A stretch of DNA of 64,000 bases from Candidatus Rokubacteria bacterium 13_1_40CM_69_27 (GTDB lineage Bacteria > Methylomirabilota > Methylomirabilia > Rokubacteriales > CSP1-6). The stretch lies in contig MNEF01000029.1 in the NCBI GenBank assembly GCA_001917535.1, positions 13,815-77,814 of the forward strand, in the 5' to 3' direction. Position numbers and translations under genes: made by a program. The notes under the pieces were generated by a model, which ran no database searches, had not been told where the DNA came from, and saw nothing but the letters and a program-made list of their open reading frames with translations. Shown piece after piece: positions 28,615 through 35,724 of the stretch. The first letter of the stretch is position 1. Each line of letters starts with the position of its first letter.

Positions 28615-29939
28615 CCGCGCGGCGTCCGGTCGGTCCCCGGTCTCAACGGATCGTCGCCCAGGAAGCGCGGCGGATCGCCCCCGGTTTGCAGTCGTACGCC
28701 CTTTACTCGGGTCTGGCCATGGCGCGGGGAAGCGGCTGCACGCTCGTCGACGAGGACGGGAACGAGTACATCGACTTCATCGCGGGGATCGGAGTGGGCA
28801 GCGTCGGCCACTGCCATCCGCACTACGTGGAGGCGCTCAAACGGCAGGTCGAGCGATTGACCTTCGGTAGCTTCACCACCGAGGGGCGGGCGCGCTTTCT
28901 CGAACTGCTGGCCACCGTCACCCCGCCGGGATTGACGCGTATCCAGTTGTTCTCGGGAGGAGCCGAGGCGGTGGAGGCGGCCTTGCGGCTGGCGAAGGCG
29001 GCGACTCGGAAACACGAGGTCATCGGATTCTGGGGCGGGTTCCACGGGAAAACCGGCGGCGTACTGGGGCTGCTGGGGAGCGAGTTCAAGCACCATCTCG
29101 GACCCTTCGTGCCCGGCCAGTACCTGTCGCCGTATGCGGACTGCTATCGCTGCCCGCTCCGGCTCCGCTACCCGGAGTGCGGCATCGCCTGCGCCGAGTA
29201 CCTGCGCGACGTCATCCGCTATCAGACCAGCGGCGAGATCGCGGCGGTCATCGTCGAGTCTATCCAGGGGACGGCCGGCAACGTCGTCCCTCCGGAGGGG
29301 TTCCTCCGGGCCATCCAGACGATCGCCCGCGACCACGGCGCCCTGCTGATCGTCGACGAGATGCTGACCGGCTTCGGTCGAACCGGGTCCATGTGGGGCT
29401 GCGATCACGACGGGGTCGTCCCCGACGTCATGACGGTGGGCAAAGGCATCGGCGGGGGCTTCCCCATGAGTGGCGTGGTCTCCACGGACGAGCTCACCAG
29501 CCGCAAGCCGTGGTCCAACCCGAGCGCGAGCTCCTCGAGTTACGGTGGCAACCCGCTGGCCGCCGCCGCCGGGCTGGCGTCGCTCGAGATCATCCTGAAG
29601 GAGGACCTCGTCAAGAAGGCCGAGCGGGTGGGCACCGTGATGCTGGCGCGGCTGGAAGCACTGAAGGAGAAGTATCGGTGCGTCGGCGACGTGCGGGGCC
29701 GAGGCCTCATGCTGGGCATCGAGCTCGTGAAGGATCGCATGACGAGGGAGCCGCTGGCCAAGGAGGTGACGCAGGCTCTCTATCAGGAGTGTCTGCGGCG
29801 CGGCTTGGTGGCGATGTGCTATTCACCCTCCATTCGGATCAACCCGCCGCTCATCATCGGCGAGGACCGCGCCCTGGAAGGTCTCGCCATCCTCGACGAG
29901 GCCCTGGCGGCGGTCCTCCGGCAACACGGGCTCACGTAG
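28611..29939 (+). CDS. Class III (omega-type) PLP aminotransferase
   Basis: ...DFIAGIGVGSVGHCHPHYVEAL...LLIVDEMLTGFGRTGSMWGCDHDGVVPDVMTVGKGIGGGFP...: fold-type I class III signature with the Lys in TVGKG; GTGA overlap. Confidence 0.8.
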   Translation: MTARRPVGPRSQRIVAQEARRIAPGLQSYALYSGLAMARGSGCTLVDEDGNEYIDFIAGIGVGSVGHCHPHYVEALKRQVERLTFGSFTTEGRARFLELLATVTPPGLTRIQLFSGGAEAVEAALRLAKAATRKHEVIGFWGGFHGKTGGVLGLLGSEFKHHLGPFVPGQYLSPYADCYRCPLRLRYPECGIACAEYLRDVIRYQTSGEIAAVIVESIQGTAGNVVPPEGFLRAIQTIARDHGALLIVDEMLTGFGRTGSMWGCDHDGVVPDVMTVGKGIGGGFPMSGVVSTDELTSRKPWSNPSASSSSYGGNPLAAAAGLASLEIILKEDLVKKAERVGTVMLARLEALKEKYRCVGDVRGRGLMLGIELVKDRMTREPLAKEVTQALYQECLRRGLVAMCYSPSIRINPPLIIGEDRALEGLAILDEALAAVLRQHGLT

Positions 29940-29940
29940 G

Positions 29941-30999
29941 ATGCTGCGCGGAGCGATCGTCGGCCTCGGCAACGTCGCCGTTCACGCGCACCTTCCTGGC
30001 TGGCTCCAGCGTTCCGACGTCGAGATCGTCGCGGCCACCGATACGCTCCCGACGCGGCGCGCTGCCGCGGAGGCTCTTCTACCGGGCGCCCGCTGGCACG
30101 ACTCCGCCGCGGAGCTCATGGCGCGCGGAGATCTCGACTTCGTCGACATCTGCACCCCTCCCTCGAGCCACGCGGGGCTGATCCGGACCGCCCTCCAGCG
30201 CGGCCTCCACGTGCTGTGCGAGAAGCCGTTGGTCTGCTCGGTCGACGAACTGGCGGCGCTGGCGCGACTGGCGGCGGCCAGGGATCGGGTGCTCCACACC
30301 GTTCACAACTGGCACTACGCGCCGATCATCCAACGGACCTGGACGCTGCTCCGAGACGGGGCGATCGGCCAAGTCCGGCGGGTCGTCTGGCAGACCCTGC
30401 GGACGAAACCCGCTGACGGCGGCGACGAACGCAACGGGAACTGGCGCGTCAATCCGGACGTCGCCGGCGGCGGCATCCTCACCGACCACGGCTGGCACAT
30501 CTTCTACGTCCTGCAACGCTGGATCGGCCAGCGACCGACGTCGATCAGCGCCACGCTGGAAACGCGCCAGCACACCCAGTGGCCCGTCGAGGACACGGCG
30601 ACCCTTCGACTGACCTTCCCGGAGGCGACGGCGGAGGTCCTGCTTACCTGGGCATCCAATGTGAGGCGAACCTGGGCCGAGGTCACGGGCACCGAGGGCA
30701 CGATCCGGCTGGAAGACGGCACCCTCGTCCTGAAGCGCTCCGGCCGCGAACGCCTGGAGCGGCGGTGGACGTGCCGACCAGGGCTGTCGGAGGGATCGCA
30801 TCATCCCGACTGGTTCCACACAGCCGCGGACCATTTCCTGGCCGCGGTCAACGGCTTGAGTCCGCGGACCGCGAATCTCGCCGAGGCGTCGCTCTGCGTC
30901 ACGCTAGAGGCGCTGGCTCGGGAATCGAATCACCGAGGGCAAGCGCTGTCACTGTCCCCACTCTCTGTTCCCCTCCCCGGGCCGGAGTCATCCCTCTGA
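29941..30999 (+). CDS. Gfo/Idh/MocA-family NAD(P)-dependent oxidoreductase
   Basis: MLRGAIVGLGNVAVHAHLPGWLQRSDVEIVAATD...HVLCEKPL...: Rossmann N-domain + Gfo C-domain. Confidence 0.8.
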   Translation: MLRGAIVGLGNVAVHAHLPGWLQRSDVEIVAATDTLPTRRAAAEALLPGARWHDSAAELMARGDLDFVDICTPPSSHAGLIRTALQRGLHVLCEKPLVCSVDELAALARLAAARDRVLHTVHNWHYAPIIQRTWTLLRDGAIGQVRRVVWQTLRTKPADGGDERNGNWRVNPDVAGGGILTDHGWHIFYVLQRWIGQRPTSISATLETRQHTQWPVEDTATLRLTFPEATAEVLLTWASNVRRTWAEVTGTEGTIRLEDGTLVLKRSGRERLERRWTCRPGLSEGSHHPDWFHTAADHFLAAVNGLSPRTANLAEASLCVTLEALARESNHRGQALSLSPLSVPLPGPESSL

Positions 31000-31037
31000 A
31001 CACGGAGACCGCTGGCTCCATCCAGTCCGGGGAGGAC

Positions 31038-32186
31038 GTGGTGGTCGTCCTCCCGTCCCGGACGGAGGAGGTTCCCCCGAGCACGCGGCTCGCCGGGCTT
31101 CCGTTGCTCCGTCGGATCGTGCTGGCGGCCGGGCGCGCGGGGTTCGGACGAGTTCTGGTGGGGTGCCTGCGGAGCGAAGACCAGCCGCTGCTCGCCGGCA
31201 CCTGCGCCGGGGCGCTGCGCCCGAACGGGCCGACGTCGCTGTCGGCCCGGCGCATCGTGCTTCTGCCCATGAACGTCGTGCCGCAGCCGAGCTGGTTGCG
31301 ACAGCTTCGGGAGATCGAGCTCGAGCCCGACCGGCTGTACGTAGACCAGGCGTCGGTGGCGGTCGTGGAGGCGACGGACCCGGCGCGGGTGGTCGCCGTG
31401 GCCGCTCGGTGTGGCAGCGCGGCCGACGTCGTCGCGACCTTGCGGGGCACCTTCAAGGCCGCAGACCGGGCCTTCGATGAGAAGGGGCGATTCCCGCTGG
31501 CGTCGCTCCGCGACATCCCGGCCGCCGAGACCTGGCTCCTGCGGAGCCTGATCAAGCAGCACGAAGGGTTCATGTCACGCCACCTGGAGCGACGAATCTC
31601 CCTGGCCCTGACCCGCAGGCTGGTCACCACGCGAATCACGCCGAATGCGATGACCGTGGTGAGCGTCGCCATCGGGCTTGTCGGCGCGCCCTTCTTCCTG
31701 TCTTCCGCCCCCGCCTACCAGTTGGCGGGGGCGCTCCTCTTCTTGACCCATTCGATCGTCGACGGGTGCGACGGAGAGATCGCCCGATTGAAGTTCCTGG
31801 AGTCGGCGGCCGGCGCTGTCCTCGACTTCTGGGGCGACAACCTCGTGCACGCGGCGGTGTTCACCTGCCTGGCGGTCGGTTGGAGCCTCGATACCGGGAC
31901 CACCTGGCCGCCGCTGCTCGGCGGTATCGCGGTCGCGAGCACGCTGGGATCGGCCGCCGTCGTCTATGGGCGCGGCCTCCGGGCCTCCCACGCGAACGGT
32001 GAGACCTCACGGCTGTCGCGCCTCGCCGATGCGCTCTCTCACCGGGACTTCATCTATGTCATCCTCCTCCTGGCCGCAGCGGGAAAGGCCGCATGGTTCC
32101 TCGTCATTGCCGCGGCCGGGGCGCCGATCTACCTGCTCCTGCTCGCGTGGATCGGTCGAACGGATCGAGGTGCTGCGCCGTCGTGA
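31038..32186 (+). CDS. Second IPCT/DIPPS-like protein: nucleotidyltransferase-like N-domain + CDP-alcohol phosphotransferase (paralog of 25058..26224)
   Basis: ...VVVVLPSRTEEVPPSTRLAGLPLLRRIVLAAGRAGFGRVLVG... then ...FLTHSIVDGCDGEIARLKFLESAAGAVLDFWGDNLVH (DG..AR..D...D motif) and TM segments; exact start (GTG ~31038) uncertain. Confidence 0.6.
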   Translation: MVVVLPSRTEEVPPSTRLAGLPLLRRIVLAAGRAGFGRVLVGCLRSEDQPLLAGTCAGALRPNGPTSLSARRIVLLPMNVVPQPSWLRQLREIELEPDRLYVDQASVAVVEATDPARVVAVAARCGSAADVVATLRGTFKAADRAFDEKGRFPLASLRDIPAAETWLLRSLIKQHEGFMSRHLERRISLALTRRLVTTRITPNAMTVVSVAIGLVGAPFFLSSAPAYQLAGALLFLTHSIVDGCDGEIARLKFLESAAGAVLDFWGDNLVHAAVFTCLAVGWSLDTGTTWPPLLGGIAVASTLGSAAVVYGRGLRASHANGETSRLSRLADALSHRDFIYVILLLAAAGKAAWFLVIAAAGAPIYLLLLAWIGRTDRGAAPS

Positions 32187-32721
32187 CCGCGTTCCTCGAT
32201 GTCGTGCTCCACGGCGCCGGTCTGTCGAGTCAGGCCATCGCCGTCGGAGGTGTCCTCTTCGTCCTCCTGGTGCTTCGGCCAGCAGGCGTGACGGCGGCGG
32301 AGATCGCCCCGCTCGTCGGCCGATCCCTTACGCTCGTGGCCGGGTGCGCCGTCGGCGTGGCCATCGCCCAGTGCCTGAGCCTCGTGCTGCAGCTCGACGC
32401 CTTGGCGGGCGACGACGGCTCTTCGAGTGGATGGTGCGAACCGGGCGGCTTCGCTCTCGATGCTGCGCGCTCGTCTTCCCGCTCCTCTGCGCCGTCGGCA
32501 GTGGGCTCCTCCTCACGCATTCGCACGCCCTCGACAGCCTCAAGACGGAATTTCTCGTCGAGGTGACACACGCCCCGCTGGCGATCGTGGGGATGCTCGT
32601 CGGGTGGGCCCGGTGGCTCGAGCTCCGGCTGCCGCCTCCCGACGACCGCCTGCCCGGCCGGCTCTGGCCGGCGGGCCTTACGCTGGTCGGCCTGCTGCTG
32701 CTCCTCTACCGGGAGAGCTGA
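32183..32721 (+). pseudogene. Internally deleted, frameshifted paralog of the CopD-CtaG-like membrane protein at 48055..49629
   Basis: Frame A (ORF 32093..32566) VTAFLDVVLHGAGLSSQAIAVGGVLFVLLVLRPAG... matches N-terminus MAGFLDVLLRGLLLTCVSVAVGGIAWLRLVLRAEP; frame B (ORF 31966..32721) from ~32430 FEWMVRTGRLRSRCCALVFPLLCAVGSGLLLTHSHALDSLKTEFLVEVTHAPL...LLLLYRES matches C-terminus FEWMVRTGRLRPRPWSYVFPLLCAVGGGLLLTHSHAMFSLKDEFLTEVAHAPL...LLLFYRES. Confidence 0.55.
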
Positions 32722-32728
32722 GGTCGGG

Positions 32729-33721
32729 ATGCGCTCCATCCGTTTGGGGTTCCTCGCGCTGGGGGCGACGCTGCTCGTCGGCCTGATCGTCGAGAACGAC
32801 CCGGGAGCGATCCTGGCCTCCATGTCGCAGCTGTCCTGGCGGCTCCTCATCGTGCTCTGCTTCCCGATGCCGCTCGTCGCGCTCTTCGACACGCTTGGGT
32901 GGCGTTCCGCGTTCCCGCGGCACCGCGTCGCGTTCCGCACGCTGCTGTCGGTGCGGCTCGCCGGCGAAGCCTTCAACATCACCACTCCCACGGCCGCCCT
33001 GGGCGGCGAGGCCGTCAAGGCCTGGCTGCTGCGGGATCGCGTCCCGCTCGACGAGAGCCTGCCGTCCCTGATCGTGGCGAAGACGACGATCACGATCGCG
33101 CAGGGTGTCTTCCTCCTGCTCGGGGTCACGCTCGCTCACTGGACGTTGCCGCCGGATTCGCTGCTGCTCCGGGGCATGCAGGCGTTGCTGGTGGTGGAGG
33201 TCGTTGCCCTGACCGGATTCGTCCTCGCCCAGATGCGGGGCGTGCTCGGATGGGGCAGACGCCTGCTGAGCGGCTTCGGCTTCGGCTTGCCGCGGTTCTT
33301 CGAGGCCCGCGGCACGCTCGAGCGCGTCGACGACGGGCTGGCACGCTTCTACCGCCACGAGCGGGGGCGATTTATCGCGTCGATTCTCTGGCATCTCGTC
33401 GCCTGGCTGCTTGGTTCGGTCGAGACCTACCTGATCCTCCGCTTCATCGGTGTGGGCGTGTCGTTGACCACCGCCACCGTGATCGAAGCCTTCGGCGCCG
33501 CCGTCCGCGTCGCCACATTTTTGATCCCGGCCAGTCTGGGGGCCCTCGAGGGCGGCTTCGTCGCGACGTTCGTGGCCCTGGGGCTCGGGCCGACCGCCGG
33601 CGTCTCGTTCAGCCTGGTGCGGCGCGTGCGCGAGGCGACCTGGGCCGGAGTCGGACTCGTGGCGTTCGCGGCGCGCGCCCGGTCGCAGGCGCGTGGCCAC
33701 CGCCCGGCTTCCGCCCACTGA
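32729..33721 (+). CDS. Lysylphosphatidylglycerol-synthase-TM / UPF0104 'flippase-like' membrane protein (possibly HpnL-related)
   Basis: MRSIRLGFLALGATLLVGLIVENDPGAILASMSQLSWRLLIVLCFPMPLVALFDTLGWRSAF...: ~8 TM, conserved Arg/Glu pattern of LPG_synthase_TM domain. Confidence 0.6.
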   Translation: MRSIRLGFLALGATLLVGLIVENDPGAILASMSQLSWRLLIVLCFPMPLVALFDTLGWRSAFPRHRVAFRTLLSVRLAGEAFNITTPTAALGGEAVKAWLLRDRVPLDESLPSLIVAKTTITIAQGVFLLLGVTLAHWTLPPDSLLLRGMQALLVVEVVALTGFVLAQMRGVLGWGRRLLSGFGFGLPRFFEARGTLERVDDGLARFYRHERGRFIASILWHLVAWLLGSVETYLILRFIGVGVSLTTATVIEAFGAAVRVATFLIPASLGALEGGFVATFVALGLGPTAGVSFSLVRRVREATWAGVGLVAFAARARSQARGHRPASAH

Positions 33722-33754
33722 GGCTCTCCCGGCGGGGCCGGCGATCCTCCGAGA

Positions 33755-34502
33755 TCAGCGCGTGAGGGGGGAGGCGCGGCGGGCGGCGCCGCCAAAGACC
33801 GACCGGAAGCCGAAGTAGGCGATCGAGTCCTTCATGTTCGACACGAACCGCTTGAGCGGACTCATTCCCGGGTCCGTGACGTACTCGAGCGTGAGGCTCA
33901 CGCGCTCCTCGCCCTCGCCCAGCGGCGTGATCGTGTGCCACAGGTTGTCGCCGTTGAACAGCACGAGGGTGCCCGGCTCGGTGGCCAGCCGGATCTCCAG
34001 GGGCTCGCGCCGCGGGTCCTTGCGGTAGGGCTGGCAGACCAGGCGGCTCGACGACCGCTCGATGAGGCCTACCAGCACCGTGTAGCGGGCACCGTTGTAA
34101 TAAGACGTGTCGAAGTGGAAGCCGATATGATCGCCCGGCTCGGTGTAATAGTAGAGCGCGCACGCGTGCGGATCGGTGTCGGGACAGCACTGGAGCGGTC
34201 GTCCCGTCACCCGGCGCAGGAAGTCGATGAACGCGGGCGAGCGGTAGAGCGCCAGGATGGCCGGCGCTTCGGCCGCCAGCGTGAAGGAGCTCACGCTGCC
34301 GCCCTTCTTGTGCTTGGGGATGTAGTTGCGGTGAACGGCGGGCCGGACGCGCTCGACCTCGGCCACCAACGGCTCGATGACGGACGACGGCAGGCAGCGC
34401 TCGAGATAGACGAACTCGTTCTGCCGCCAGTACGCCGCCTGCACCGCCTCCACGTCGAGCGCGCGGATCACGCGCGCGATCTCCTCCTGCACCGGGTCCA
34501 TC
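33755..34502 (-). CDS. 2OG-Fe(II) oxygenase-superfamily protein (putative hydroxylase); start uncertain
   Basis: ...[24 protein letters not shown]...[11 protein letters not shown]...: H-x-D...H facial-triad spacing of 2OG-FeII_Oxy/PhyH-like enzymes. Confidence 0.5.
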
Positions 34503-34649
34503 AGGCGATCGAGCACTCGGCCCTCCGGGCGATCGTGTCGGCTCGCTGGCGACGCGCGGCCCCGCCCGCTATGGTACACTGGCCCGGTCCCGCTGACCGG
34601 GGGATCGTTCCCGCTCATCGCGCGTTCATATCGACGAAGGAGGCACCCC

Positions 34650-35723
34650 GTGGCATCGGTTCGAGTCGCCCTCATCGGCGTCGGCAACTGCGCGTCGGCC
34701 CTCGTCCAGGGCGCGCAATTCTACCGCACCACTCCCGAGGAAGGTTTCGTGCCCGGCCTGATGCACCCGCGGCTGGGCGAATATCATATCGGCGACATCG
34801 AGTTCTCGGCGGCCTTCGATATCGATGTCCGCAAAGTCGGCCGGGATCTTTCCGAGGCGATTTTCGAGGTTCCGAACAACACCGTGCGCTTCGCCCAGGT
34901 CCCGCCCCTGGGCGTGCCGGTGCACCGGGGCATGACCCATGACGGGTTGGGAACCTACCTCTCGCAGATGATTCGCAAGGCCCCCGGCTCGACGGCCGAC
35001 ATCGCGGGCATCTTGCGGGAGACGGGGACCCACGTCGTCGTCAACTTCCTCCCGGTCGGCAGCGAGATGGCGACGAAGTGGTACGTCGAGCAGGTCCTCG
35101 ACGCCGGCTGCGCCTTCGTCAACTGCATCCCCGTCTTCATCGCCCGGGAGGCCTACTGGCGCCGGCGCTTCGAGGAGCGCGGGCTCCCGGTCGTGGGCGA
35201 CGACGTCAAGTCCCAGGTGGGCGCCACCATCGTCCACCGGGCGCTGGCCCGGCTCTTTATGGATCGCGGCGTTCGCCTGGAGCGCACGAGCCAGCTCAAC
35301 GTCGGCGGCAACACCGACTTCTACAACATGCTCGAGCGCGAACGGCTGGTGTCGAAGAAGATCTCGAAGACCGACGCGGTGCGCTCCCAGCTCCGCCACG
35401 ACCTGCCGAGCGAGGCGATCCACATCGGACCCAGCGACTACGTGCCCTGGCTCGAGGACCGCAAGTGGGCGCACATCCGCCTGGAGGGCCGCAGCTTCGG
35501 CGATCAGCCGGTGACGGTGGAGCTGAAGCTCGAGGTCTGGGACTCGCCCAACTCGGCCGGCGTGGTGATCGACGCCATCCGCTGCGGCAAGATCGCGCTC
35601 GACCGCGGCCTCAAGGGCGCGCTCCTGGCGCCCTCCGCGTACCTCATGAAATCACCGCCGGAGCAGTGGGCCGACGACACGGCCCGCCAGCGTCTGGAGC
35701 GGTTCATCAGCGGCGAAGAGTAG
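34650..35723 (+). CDS. ino1: myo-inositol-1-phosphate synthase (bacterial/archaeal short type)
   Basis: [26 protein letters not shown]...[28 protein letters not shown]...: ~357 aa MIPS with Rossmann N-terminus and conserved SKxxSKT-like region. Confidence 0.85.
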   Translation: MASVRVALIGVGNCASALVQGAQFYRTTPEEGFVPGLMHPRLGEYHIGDIEFSAAFDIDVRKVGRDLSEAIFEVPNNTVRFAQVPPLGVPVHRGMTHDGLGTYLSQMIRKAPGSTADIAGILRETGTHVVVNFLPVGSEMATKWYVEQVLDAGCAFVNCIPVFIAREAYWRRRFEERGLPVVGDDVKSQVGATIVHRALARLFMDRGVRLERTSQLNVGGNTDFYNMLERERLVSKKISKTDAVRSQLRHDLPSEAIHIGPSDYVPWLEDRKWAHIRLEGRSFGDQPVTVELKLEVWDSPNSAGVVIDAIRCGKIALDRGLKGALLAPSAYLMKSPPEQWADDTARQRLERFISGEE

Positions 35724-35724
35724 C

